This document shows positions 19,412 through 29,254 of a stretch of DNA of 61,183 bases, one piece after another (position 1 is the stretch's first letter; every line of letters starts with the position of its first letter). Origin of the DNA: Candidatus Bathyarchaeota archaeon. Its GTDB lineage: Archaea; Thermoproteota; Bathyarchaeia; Bathyarchaeales; Bathycorpusculaceae. Made by a program: the position numbers and the translations under genes. The DNA lies in the NCBI GenBank assembly GCA_963833575.1, contig CAWHXY010000002.1, forward strand, positions 1 through 61,183, read 5' to 3'. The notes below the pieces were generated by a model. That model saw nothing but the letters and a program-made list of their open reading frames with translations, ran no database searches and had not been told where the DNA came from.

Positions 19412-20005
19412 TCAGCGATGGAAGCGGTCGTTTCGCCAGACATCTGCGCTGTCACTGTACCCTCGTCGTTCCCAGAAGCCTAACTCTTTCCCGCGGGTAA
19501 ACCGCAAACGGACCACCCACAACGCGCTCTTATACGCATATTTGTTTGGAACCACCAAACGCACTGGAAAACCTAAGCCTTCCTCCAACACTTCTCCGTT
19601 AAGCTTGTATGCTAAAAGAACATCATCACCAAAGAGTTCTTCTCGGAAGAGCGAAGTCGTATACGAGTCAGCGCATTCAAAAGTAATTGACTTAGCGACA
19701 TCTTTAGGTTTAACCAGCCTTTCGATTTCGTGGATACTAACTCCTTCCCATTTGCAATCTAGAACGCTCCAGCCTTCTACGCAGTGAAAATCGCTATCGG
19801 AAACGACTTTAGGTAGCGTCATGAAGTCATTCCAATTTAGCTTCACAGGATTTTCAACTTCGCCATCAATTGTAAGCGTATAAGTTTCGAGGCTAAGCTG
19901 TGGATTAGTAGACGTTATCCCTGGATGATCAATGCCCCAACGTAAAATACGGTCAGTCGCTCGCTGGCTAGGCGGCAACTTCTTTTTCTTCGATTCAAGA
20001 GACAA
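19412..20005 (-). CDS. Sulfite-oxidase-family molybdopterin-binding oxidoreductase
   Basis: DFHCVEGWS, WEGV, GFPVRLVVP, YAYKSA, GFWERRGY. Confidence 0.9.
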   Translation of the reverse strand: MSLESKKKKLPPSQRATDRILRWGIDHPGITSTNPQLSLETYTLTIDGEVENPVKLNWNDFMTLPKVVSDSDFHCVEGWSVLDCKWEGVSIHEIERLVKPKDVAKSITFECADSYTTSLFREELFGDDVLLAYKLNGEVLEEGLGFPVRLVVPNKYAYKSALWVVRLRFTRGKELGFWERRGYSDSADVWRNDRFHR

Positions 20006-20058
20006 AAAATTAACCCAAAATAGAAATGTGCATGCATGGAAAAAAACTTTACTTAAAA

Positions 20059-21162
20059 TTAGCTCGCTTGGAAAAAACCCGTCAATTGTTTTTGCTGAGG
20101 TTCTTCTCTGCTAAAACCTGAAACTTTTACACCGACCCTTCGAAGTTCAAGAGGGCTTTCAAATAAGAATTTTTCCAAGAGCGTTTTAACGTTTTTCTTA
20201 ATGGCTTCTTGATCTTTTACTGGCTGTTCAAGTGTTATTGACCTGCTTTTGCTGCTTAAATCAGTCATAACGACATAAATACCTACCAATTTAAAACTCA
20301 GGTTCTTTTCAGCAACCTCTTTTGCTATGTCAGCGATCAACTCGTCAGTTTTCGGTAAAATAAACGATAAATCATGAGAATCCTGCTTTAAAGTGCCAAT
20401 TCTCCCAATGGATTGTGCTTCACCTGATTCCTGCACTGGCTCATTGTCAACACCTTTAGCCGCGTTACAAAAGTACAACCCGAGGGTTTTGCCGAAAATT
20501 CCGATTAATTTTTGTATATCAAATTCTGCTAAGTCGCCAATGGTCTTAATACCTAAAGAATCCATTTTGCCGCTTATCTTTTTTCCAACACCCAGCAACC
20601 TGTCAACAGGCAATGGCGACAAGAAGCATCCGACTTCGTCAGGGGTAATTATTGTTAAGCCATCTGGTTTTTGGCTGTCACACGCAATTTTTGCGATTAG
20701 CTTGTTTGGTCCAATGCCGATGGTGAAGGATATGCCAACTTGATTCGTTACATCTGACTTGATTTTTTTGGCGTACAACTCGGCTTTTTCAAAGCTGCCT
20801 TCAACCTGCTTTGTCACATCTAAGTAGGCTTCATCTACGCTGACTTGCTCAAGGCTACTTGTGTAGCCGCGGAAAATCTGCATTATGCGATCGCTGATTT
20901 GATCGTAGTATTCGTGGTCAACTGGCAAGAAAACTGCTTCAGTCCCTTCCAATTTGCGTTTAGCGAGGAATAGGGGCATACCTGATTTTACGCCGTATTT
21001 TCTTGCAATGTAGTTGCTTGTGCTTACTGCTCCACTTTCCTCAGTTCGCCCTGAGTAAACTCCGACAACAACAGGTTTCTCTTTTAGGCTTGGGTTGCGT
21101 AGCTCTTCGCATTGAGCAAAGAAATAGTCAAAGTCTGCCAGCATCACTATGCGGTTTTGCAT
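20059..21162 (-). CDS. dinB: Y-family DNA polymerase IV
   Basis: ADFDYFFAQCEE, SNYIARKYGVKSGMP, SVDEAYLD, NKLIAKIA, KPDG. ATG 21162 overlaps the stop of the upstream radical SAM gene. Confidence 0.95.
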   Translation of the reverse strand: MQNRIVMLADFDYFFAQCEELRNPSLKEKPVVVGVYSGRTEESGAVSTSNYIARKYGVKSGMPLFLAKRKLEGTEAVFLPVDHEYYDQISDRIMQIFRGYTSSLEQVSVDEAYLDVTKQVEGSFEKAELYAKKIKSDVTNQVGISFTIGIGPNKLIAKIACDSQKPDGLTIITPDEVGCFLSPLPVDRLLGVGKKISGKMDSLGIKTIGDLAEFDIQKLIGIFGKTLGLYFCNAAKGVDNEPVQESGEAQSIGRIGTLKQDSHDLSFILPKTDELIADIAKEVAEKNLSFKLVGIYVVMTDLSSKSRSITLEQPVKDQEAIKKNVKTLLEKFLFESPLELRRVGVKVSGFSREEPQQKQLTGFFQAS

Positions 21163-22034
21163 CAGCTTTTTGCTCCATCTGTTTTCGGCATAAGCCAAGA
21201 TCCATCACAAGTTGCAGTGTTTAATTGAGCCAAGCCTTCTCTACACACACCAAACTTCATACCATTAGCTACAGCCAAATCCCGTATGTTCTTTAGAAGC
21301 TTACATCTTAGATCTTTTGGCATAAGAGTGCTGCCACCGATTTTTTCACCTTGCTGGAAATATAGCGGTTTCAGTTTCTCGGCTACTCTTGGCATGACTT
21401 GTGTGAGCCGCATCCAATTGTCAGCTTTCGCCTTGTAAGTTGAGCAAGTAACGTGTTTTACGCCGATGCTAGCTAAGTCCGAAATGAGTTTTTGCGGTTT
21501 ATCATTGACCAAGGGTATAATGGGGTCTAATCGCACTGAAACAGGTATGCCTGCTTTCATTAAATCCTGAGCTGCTCTCAAACGTTGAGACGGCGAAGGC
21601 GCCCAGGGCTCGATGAGTCTTGCCAAGTTTTCATCATCTGTAGTTATTGTTAGCGCCACAGTAGAAGGAATCTTAGAAAGCAAGTCGTCATCTCTAGTTA
21701 CAATGTTGCTTTTAGTGATTATTTGGATTTTGCAGTTGCTTTCTGAGAGAATTTCAAGGCAACGACGCGTTAAACCTTCAGATGCTTCGGCACGTGGATA
21801 CGGATCGGAAGAGTTGGCCACTGAAATGGTTTCACCGTTAAGTTTTGCTGCTTCTCGTTTCAAAGCTGTCAACAGATCCTTTTTGGGCCTTAGATCTTTA
21901 AAGTTTGGAATGTAGCTGGTGGCATAACAGTAAATGCATTGGTGATCGCATCCGGTGTAAGGGTTAAACGTAAGCTTTTGTGGGCATGTGCAAAGGCCAG
22001 AACGCCATGGATCAAAGCTTGTTATTAACCCCAC
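21162..22034 (-). CDS. Radical SAM protein, SplB/Rv2578c-like
   Basis: FNPYTGCDHQCIYCYA, SDPYP, IITKS, EPWAPSPSQRL. Confidence 0.88.
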   Translation of the reverse strand: MGLITSFDPWRSGLCTCPQKLTFNPYTGCDHQCIYCYATSYIPNFKDLRPKKDLLTALKREAAKLNGETISVANSSDPYPRAEASEGLTRRCLEILSESNCKIQIITKSNIVTRDDDLLSKIPSTVALTITTDDENLARLIEPWAPSPSQRLRAAQDLMKAGIPVSVRLDPIIPLVNDKPQKLISDLASIGVKHVTCSTYKAKADNWMRLTQVMPRVAEKLKPLYFQQGEKIGGSTLMPKDLRCKLLKNIRDLAVANGMKFGVCREGLAQLNTATCDGSWLMPKTDGAKS

Positions 22035-22163
22035 AAATTCCCCTTATGCAATTTATGATGTTATGATAGACTAAAACTCTTCGCATCAAGTAGGAGGATT
22101 TTTGGGTGTAGTTTGCTTGTTGTGGAATTGTTTGTGAATGAAAAACTAATGTTTGAGAGCATT

Positions 22164-22226
22164 CAGCGGTGATACCTCTCAGTCTGGACGAAAGGGGAAA
22201 GGGGTGACTTTGAGGTATCACCACTG
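22164..22226 (-). other. 15-bp stem-loop with a C/U-rich loop upstream of the radical SAM-dinB operon
   Basis: Minus strand CAGTGGTGATACCTC pairs with GAGGTATCACCGCTG (one G-U); the loop contains CCCCTTTCCCCTTTC. Confidence 0.6.
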
Positions 22227-22597
22227 TTGCACCTTAGGAGAAGAACCCAAATGCAAATTCTTATGTCGTGGGCTCTCTATGGTTTCTTTTCTGCAGCTGA
22301 TTCGCAAATACTTGTCCTGTATTTGTGATGTAAAAGCATTTTCGTCAAGAATTATTGACGAGTCGTAGTCAAAGTTTCTTTACTAACTTTTTTGGCTTTC
22401 CTCAATCTATAATTTCCTTAATATCTTAACCTTACTTCATACGAAAGGGGTTGTACACGTTTAGCGTTATAGCTTTGAGAATAAACGACTAAAGTTTCGT
22501 CTGTGCTCTCTTAGGATGTGTTGTAACTTGATGTTCAAAGAAGATAATCCCTGAAGCATTTTATGAAAAAAATGAATCTAACAAAGGGATTGTTTGT

Positions 22598-23494
22598 TTA
22601 GGGTATTACTCCCATTCGTGAGAGTTCTTCTTTGAGGCTGTCTTTAATCTGCTTTAGGCTTTGTCTCTTCTGAACATAATCGTCACCGTTCAACTTGTCC
22701 ATCTTAAAATCCTGATCCAACCGATCAAGCTCACCGTTAATTTCCACTATCCTTGCTTTAAGTTGGTCAACGTAGGAGACAGCTTCCTCCTTAACAATCA
22801 CTTCAGATGGTGACAAAGCCATCTTTATCAAGCCGTCTTCAATGCGCAATATACGATTAGCAGCTCTTGCAACACTTGGGTCATGAGTAACCATTATAAT
22901 AGTTTTATCAAATTCACGATTTACCTTGACAAGATATTCTGTTATTATTTTGGCGTTTGTAGTATCCAATTCTCCAGTGGGCTCATCTGCCAAAAGCACG
23001 GGTGCGTCATTAGCCAACGCTGAAGCAATAGCGATTCTTTGTTGTTCTCCGCCGCTTAACTCTTCTGGTTTATTGTCGGAGCGATCCTCAAGGCCAACAA
23101 TACTTAGAAGCTGCTGGACACGTTGCCTTCGCTTTCCCCTTGCAACACCCGAGGCAACCATAGCGAATTCTATGTTTTCCTCAGCGGACAATGTTGGAAT
23201 TAAATTTAGATTTTGGAAAATGTGCCCGACCGTTTTTCTGCGGTAATCAACAAGTTGCCTCACTGAAAATGAGGTAACTATTTTATCGCCCACAGTCACG
23301 GTGCCTCCTGTTGCTTTGTCTAAACCACCGATGATGTTCAACAGGGTTGTTTTTCCACTTCCGCTTGGTCCAATAATTGATACTATTTCGCCTGAAGCTA
23401 TATCTAAGTTTAATCCGCGGAGCGCTTGCACTTCAATTTTGCCTGTACTGTGAATTTTGACGAGGTCTCTTATTTTTATGTCTAGTCCACTCAT
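22598..23494 (-). CDS. ABC transporter ATP-binding protein (LolD/MacB-like) with C-terminal helical extension
   Basis: GPSGSGKT, LSGGEQQR, LLADEPTGELD, VTHD. Confidence 0.93.
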   Translation of the reverse strand: MSGLDIKIRDLVKIHSTGKIEVQALRGLNLDIASGEIVSIIGPSGSGKTTLLNIIGGLDKATGGTVTVGDKIVTSFSVRQLVDYRRKTVGHIFQNLNLIPTLSAEENIEFAMVASGVARGKRRQRVQQLLSIVGLEDRSDNKPEELSGGEQQRIAIASALANDAPVLLADEPTGELDTTNAKIITEYLVKVNREFDKTIIMVTHDPSVARAANRILRIEDGLIKMALSPSEVIVKEEAVSYVDQLKARIVEINGELDRLDQDFKMDKLNGDDYVQKRQSLKQIKDSLKEELSRMGVIP

Positions 23495-26337
23495 CTTGCT
23501 CTAACCATCTTTTCCAGTTTTGTTACGTATTGTGAAGTCATTACAATTATTGCTCCAATTGTGGAAGCATAAATCAAGGCAACATATGCCGCTATGGTTT
23601 CTATGAATTGCGGCGGGAAAACTAGGCGCATTGTTACAATCTGCGATAAGTTGACGTTTGAAGTGCTTATGCTGCCATAAACCATAATCAACCCGACACA
23701 TATGCCCAGTACAACAGCGAATGTTATGATCGCCATGCTCTCTGTCAGAAACATCCAGACTAATTGCCTGTAAGAGAGACCTCTAACACTCATCAAAGTA
23801 GCTTCACGACTACGTTCTCTCAAACTTACAATAGCTATCAAAGCCGTTCCAACAGAAGCTGAAAGCACTGCAAAGACAATTCCCAAATTTTCAATGTCTA
23901 AAACCTGAAGGCTTCCGAATGTACTCGCGTTATTTAGGGACTGCGATTGTTGCCATTCTTCACTAAAAGAGTCTACTCCATAGATTTCTAAGCCGAGACC
24001 TCGAATGGTTTGTGCGACCTCTGTTCCGTTTGCGCCAGGTTTTAACTTAATTAGGATTGTTGTTGGCTGAAAAGATTCAAGCTTGAATAGGGGACTGCCA
24101 GTGGTGAAGTTGAATTTTTGCACTGGAACATATGACCAAGTTGGCGGCGTATATGTGTAAGAGCCTTTTGTTGGGTTGCTGTTGCTCTGACCTGGTCCAA
24201 AGAAAGCCACAATTTTGAAGTTACGTGGACATGAGGCGAAGTCTATTGTTACGTTATCATAGAGTTTGAGGTTTAATTGTTGGGCGACACTGCGCTCTAG
24301 AATTATTGTGCTACCATCGTTGGTCATTTGTTTTAACGCCTCTTGCATGCTGTTGCCGCTAAACCAGGCATCCTCGTGATAAGCAACGGTGCTCCAAGTT
24401 GTTGGATCAATGACTTTCATAACTGTATTAAGATATGATTGGCTCATCTCATACTGCAAACTAGCATTTTGAACGCCTGAAATGTTTGCCAAAATATAGT
24501 TCATTATTGTCGGAGCTTTAGTTTCGTTGACAACACTTACTGTTACGTCGGCGCCAACTTGAGAACTGACCTGTCTGAAGGTGTAATCTTTTGCGCTCAA
24601 AGTCTGTGCATTTACTTGAACTCCGAACCCAATAATTAAGGCAACTAAGAAAGCGATTGCTGCTAAACGGGCTGGATTTCTTCTGACATTTTTAGCTGCC
24701 AAAGCGCCTAAATCACTCATTAATGAGAAAATCTTAGATGTTAATCTTTGAAACCAGAAAGTATCTCGAATAAGCAGCTTGGTGATTCCCCAGAAAAACA
24801 GGAAGGGCCCGATGTAAGTTAATGCTGCATCAAAGAGAACAATTGGTTCATATAAAAATGAGAGGAAAAAATTGCCGCCGTTAAATGTCAATTGGCCAAG
24901 CGAATTCTGAACGTTTATTCCCAACAGGAAAACAACGATTTTGTAGCTTCCGAGAATTAGAGCAACCACAGGTATAATTTTTCGGTGTTGCTTCTTTGCG
25001 TCGTCAGGAACATAGTCTCTTAGAGCTTCTACCGCTGGGAGTCGTGAGGCTTTACGAGCAGACCAAAAAACAGAGGTAAGCGCCAATATTACTCCAAAAA
25101 TTACGGTGATAATCATGACGACGGGGCTATATAATTGAGGGCTAAAAAGCGTGTTGAGATTTACTCCGCTAGCAAAGTACTGGTTTAAGATCAATCCACC
25201 GATTACCCCTAGAAATCCACCAATAATGCCTATTGCTAGGGCTTCAGTGAGGAACATTCTTTGAATTTGGCCGCTTGAAAGCCCTTTCGTGGATAATAAC
25301 CCGATTTCACGTCTTCTCAGATTAAAGGACACGTCGGAAACTGTGGAACCAAGATACCAGGCTACAAAGAAAATTGGAATAGAAACTAAAATGAAACTTA
25401 ACAAAGTGTTTGAGAAATTGTATTGGAATTGGGACAATTCTGATCCCAACATGTTGTTTACGGAGCCGTGAGCCAAGAAGTTACCAAGAATGTTATTCTG
25501 GATATCATCTGCCACTGTTTGGACTTTAGTGATTGAATCTCCCACGTTCCAAGGGCTTATCAGCTTATTGTGATTAACGTTAATTTGGAATGTAACATCT
25601 ACAGTTCCATATGTGTTGTTGTCCCAAAGCTTCTGTAAGGTGTTCTCCCAACTAATCACCATCATGTCATTTCTGTAATTGCTATAACCACCGTTTATGA
25701 GCATAGAGCCTGAGGCAGAATTCATCCCGCCAGGTGCACTTAGTGTATAAATAACGCTTGACCCTGAAACTAGCGAGTAACCTTTATCAGTGAAATCCAC
25801 AAAGCCAGCGACGGTAAGGTTCATGATAATGGTGGTTGTGTTATAATATTTGGGGGTGGGAAAAGAAATCATAGTTGTAACATTGTCGCCTACCGACACT
25901 TCCTTCGCAAGATTTGTGCCAGATACAATGTAGGTTTGATTTTCCCCTATTCCACCCGCCGGCTTATTTATCAACTCATTATAGATTTGTGAGCTGTTGG
26001 GAAAACTAACAATAGTCGTGTAAAAAGGGTTTGAATAGTTATCACTCGGTACAGTTACAGGTAAACTAAATCTAGCAACTTCATCGACGCTTTGGACATT
26101 CGAAATGCTAGTTATGTTCTCTACTGCTAAACCAAAATCGCTCGAGTTAAGAGATGTTTCAAACTCCATATCCTGATTTAAGCCTTTAAGTTGTTGATCA
26201 AGTGCTTGTCCAGCAGCTAAGTTTGCTTTTATATCAATAGCGGCAAAAAAAGTAGTTGCAAGAATTATGCCGATAAGCAAAGCTACAAACAGGTGCCAGG
26301 AGCGAAAGACATGCTTAATTGCATATTTTGCAGCCAT
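23491..26337 (-). CDS. FtsX/MacB-like ABC permease with two FtsX domains
   Basis: RRREIGLLSTKG...FLTEA and ERSREATLMSVRG...FLTES; large extracellular loops; 4-nt overlap with the ATPase gene. Confidence 0.9.
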   Translation of the reverse strand: MAAKYAIKHVFRSWHLFVALLIGIILATTFFAAIDIKANLAAGQALDQQLKGLNQDMEFETSLNSSDFGLAVENITSISNVQSVDEVARFSLPVTVPSDNYSNPFYTTIVSFPNSSQIYNELINKPAGGIGENQTYIVSGTNLAKEVSVGDNVTTMISFPTPKYYNTTTIIMNLTVAGFVDFTDKGYSLVSGSSVIYTLSAPGGMNSASGSMLINGGYSNYRNDMMVISWENTLQKLWDNNTYGTVDVTFQINVNHNKLISPWNVGDSITKVQTVADDIQNNILGNFLAHGSVNNMLGSELSQFQYNFSNTLLSFILVSIPIFFVAWYLGSTVSDVSFNLRRREIGLLSTKGLSSGQIQRMFLTEALAIGIIGGFLGVIGGLILNQYFASGVNLNTLFSPQLYSPVVMIITVIFGVILALTSVFWSARKASRLPAVEALRDYVPDDAKKQHRKIIPVVALILGSYKIVVFLLGINVQNSLGQLTFNGGNFFLSFLYEPIVLFDAALTYIGPFLFFWGITKLLIRDTFWFQRLTSKIFSLMSDLGALAAKNVRRNPARLAAIAFLVALIIGFGVQVNAQTLSAKDYTFRQVSSQVGADVTVSVVNETKAPTIMNYILANISGVQNASLQYEMSQSYLNTVMKVIDPTTWSTVAYHEDAWFSGNSMQEALKQMTNDGSTIILERSVAQQLNLKLYDNVTIDFASCPRNFKIVAFFGPGQSNSNPTKGSYTYTPPTWSYVPVQKFNFTTGSPLFKLESFQPTTILIKLKPGANGTEVAQTIRGLGLEIYGVDSFSEEWQQSQSLNNASTFGSLQVLDIENLGIVFAVLSASVGTALIAIVSLRERSREATLMSVRGLSYRQLVWMFLTESMAIITFAVVLGICVGLIMVYGSISTSNVNLSQIVTMRLVFPPQFIETIAAYVALIYASTIGAIIVMTSQYVTKLEKMVRAR

Positions 26338-26536
26338 GGATACCGGTCTATTGATTGCCCTGAATACCTTTTAAGTCTAATTATTAGAACGCTAACTCGT
26401 ATGTACATTAAGTGCTTAATAATATGCAATTATAAGCTCCATCATTCTTTCAGCCAGCAATATAGTATAATAATTGGTATGGGCAATCGCAGGTGCATAG
26501 AAAGTATTAAATTTCTTTGATTTTTACTACTAACGC

Positions 26537-27940
26537 ATGAAAAGTTTTCTCAGCTACCTTAAAGAGGGAAACATGAGTTTATTCACTGATTTTTACGAGT
26601 TAACTATGTGTGCGAGCTATTTTGATAACAAAAATTTTGAGACTGCAACTTTTGACTTGTTTATTAGGCGGCTGCCTGAAAACCGGTCCTATTTCCTATT
26701 TGCTGGATTAGAAGAATCATTGCAGTATTTGGAGAGCGTCAAATTTACTGAGGAGCAACTTGGTTATCTTAAAAAACAGGGGTTCAAAAGAGATTTTCTC
26801 GATTATTTACGAAGTTTTAGATTTACAGGTGAAGTCTGGGCGATACCTGAAGGCACGGTTGTTTTTCCAAATGAACCGTTAATCCGGGTAACAGCACCGA
26901 TAATTGAGGCTCAGCTAGTCGAAACTTTCCTTTTAAACACAGTTAACCTACAAACGATGATTGCCACTAAAGCCTCACGGGTAATACATGCCGCGAAAGG
27001 AAAATCAGTAATTGAGTTCGGTTTACGAAGGGAACATGGTATCGACGCTGGAATGAAGGTGGCTAGAAGTAGCTACATAGCTGGATGTCAAGGCACCAGC
27101 AACGTTTTAGCAGGACAAACCTATGATATTCCAGTTTTTGGAACTATGGCGCATTCTTTTATCATGTCCTACCCCAAAGAGATCGAAGCGTTCAGAGCTT
27201 TCTCTAAAACCTTCCCAAACAAGTCCACCCTTCTGATAGATACTTACGATGACATTTCAGGTGCAGAAAAGGCAGCAGTTGTAGCTAAAGAACTTGAGGC
27301 CCAGGGGTTTAGGCTTGGAGGAGTGCGATTGGATAGCGGCGATTTAACTCAGGATAGCATGAAAGTAAGAAAAATCTTAGACGAGCAAGGTTTAAGTTAT
27401 GTGAAAATTTTTGCAAGCGGCGACTTAGATGAATTCAAAATTCACGAGCTTCTCACTAGTGGCGCGCAAATTGATTCGTTCGGTGTAGGAACAAAAATGG
27501 GGACTTCAGCAGATAGACCATATTTAGATGTGATTTACAAACTCTGCGAAACTATGGCTGCAGATGGCAGCTTCTTGCCAATAATGAAGTTAAGCAAAGA
27601 TAAAATTACTTTGCCAGCCAGAAAACAAGTTTACCGGGTCAAAAATAGAATCGGCTTTTTTGAAAAAGATGTGATTGCTTTGGCTAATGAAAAAGTGCAA
27701 GGTGAGCCGTTGCTTGTTAAAGTTATGGAAAAGGGCAAACTAATCTATAATTTGCCGTCGCTTGATGCAATTCGAGCAAACGTTAATAAGAACTTGTCTA
27801 AACTTCCTGACGGCTATAAAGCGTTAATTGATGCACCTGTTTATCAAGTTGAGTTAAGCAAAAACTTGCAGAAACTGATTAAGACTCTGAGACATCAATT
27901 AACTATAAACGAGATTAACCATGCCTCCAAACAAACGTGA
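26537..27940 (+). CDS. pncB: Nicotinate phosphoribosyltransferase
   Basis: LFTDFYELTM, EFGLRR, GTMAHS, LIDTYD, VRLDSGD, FGVGT. Confidence 0.95.
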   Translation: MKSFLSYLKEGNMSLFTDFYELTMCASYFDNKNFETATFDLFIRRLPENRSYFLFAGLEESLQYLESVKFTEEQLGYLKKQGFKRDFLDYLRSFRFTGEVWAIPEGTVVFPNEPLIRVTAPIIEAQLVETFLLNTVNLQTMIATKASRVIHAAKGKSVIEFGLRREHGIDAGMKVARSSYIAGCQGTSNVLAGQTYDIPVFGTMAHSFIMSYPKEIEAFRAFSKTFPNKSTLLIDTYDDISGAEKAAVVAKELEAQGFRLGGVRLDSGDLTQDSMKVRKILDEQGLSYVKIFASGDLDEFKIHELLTSGAQIDSFGVGTKMGTSADRPYLDVIYKLCETMAADGSFLPIMKLSKDKITLPARKQVYRVKNRIGFFEKDVIALANEKVQGEPLLVKVMEKGKLIYNLPSLDAIRANVNKNLSKLPDGYKALIDAPVYQVELSKNLQKLIKTLRHQLTINEINHASKQT

Positions 27941-28045
27941 TTAACCATTCTTGGGTTTCTTTGCCGATTATTCATGGTAAACATGGCAAACCCTTAATAG
28001 TCTTTTCAGAAAAGGATAAATGCTATTATAAATGGAGAGCAGAAC

Positions 28046-29254
28046 TTGCAGAATTGTCCAGCGATAGTTGCCGTTGGCAGAACCAAGTTTGGAGAACATT
28101 ACGGCAAAGAACCCGAAAAACTGATTGAGGAAGCATGGCTTGCCGCTTCTAATGAATGTAATATGGAACGCAAAGACTTAGAAGCTTGTTACATGTCAGA
28201 TTGTTTTCTCCCAATCACAAATAAACTGGGCTTAGAGGAAGGCTTCCTCTCAGAACTCACTCAACTTCACGTACCTATGGAGGTAACCCGATCTTTTAGT
28301 GCTGCATTATTAACCGCTTGCCATGCTATTCAAGCTGGAGTTTACAACAAGGTGCTAGTCGGCGGCATAGAAAAAATGACTGACCGCTGGGACAAAATAC
28401 GAGATGACCTCATGCTTCTGGATGATCCATGGAGCTACTATGCAGGTGGCACTCCAGAATCAAACCATGAGCTTATGCTTAGAGCTTACATAAAAAAGCA
28501 CAATATAGCTGGGGAAAATCTTGATAAACTTAACCTAGCCTTAGCTCAGATTTCTGTTAAAAATCATGCAAACGCAACCAAAAACAAATATGCCCAATAT
28601 AATAGAAAAATTACTATTGAACAAGTCTTAAACGCAAGAAAAACTGAGCATAAACCATTAGGCCTCTATGACTTCGCTCCAATTTCCGACGGGGCATCCG
28701 CTTTAATTCTTACAAACGAGACAGTTGCCAAAAAACTAAACAATAATCCAATTTACGTTTTAGGTTGCACCTCAGCTACTGATTACCTGAATTATCCTTC
28801 AAGAGAGGACTTGTCTCACTTTGTTGCTGCACAGCTTGCCATGAAGAATGCTTCAAAAATGGCTAAAACGTCTTTAGCTGATATGCAGGTTATCGAAGTG
28901 TATGACCAATCGACCGTGATGGAGCTTATTTCTCTTGAAGATTTAGGCTTTTGCAAACCTGGAACGGCTTGGAAGAGCGTAAATGAGGGTTGCCAGAATA
29001 ACCAAAACTGCTACGAAGTTGATGGTAAGAAACTTTTCGTTAATACCAATGGTGGATTAAAAGCCGATGGAAATCCCTTGGGCGCCACGGGTGGGGCACA
29101 GATTTTTGAAATTTACCGTCAGTTAAGAGGTGAGGCTGGCGAGCGTCAAGTTAAGTTCGATAATGGTTCACCGAAGAGCGGTTGTGTGTTAGAGTATGAG
29201 GGCTTTGGAACTAAAGCTTACGTTAGTGTTCTAGGAGAGAAGAAACTTGAGTAG
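28046..29254 (+). CDS. Thiolase-fold protein (archaeal/SCP2-type) lacking canonical catalytic residues
   Basis: GRTKFG, GGIEKM, SVKNH, APISDGA, LEDLGF, NGGLK, GATG; no CxS nucleophile; HDCF replaced by YDQS; GHP replaced by GNP. Confidence 0.88.
   Translation: MQNCPAIVAVGRTKFGEHYGKEPEKLIEEAWLAASNECNMERKDLEACYMSDCFLPITNKLGLEEGFLSELTQLHVPMEVTRSFSAALLTACHAIQAGVYNKVLVGGIEKMTDRWDKIRDDLMLLDDPWSYYAGGTPESNHELMLRAYIKKHNIAGENLDKLNLALAQISVKNHANATKNKYAQYNRKITIEQVLNARKTEHKPLGLYDFAPISDGASALILTNETVAKKLNNNPIYVLGCTSATDYLNYPSREDLSHFVAAQLAMKNASKMAKTSLADMQVIEVYDQSTVMELISLEDLGFCKPGTAWKSVNEGCQNNQNCYEVDGKKLFVNTNGGLKADGNPLGATGGAQIFEIYRQLRGEAGERQVKFDNGSPKSGCVLEYEGFGTKAYVSVLGEKKLE

Noticed and set aside
22012-22368. 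ORFs 22012..22224 (-) and 22153..22368 (+)
   Set aside because: No SD or motif; the region is better explained by inverted repeats.
27937-28128. 63-aa ORF between pncB and the thiolase-like gene
   Set aside because: It overlaps the thiolase start and its TATA-like region and has no protein-like motif.
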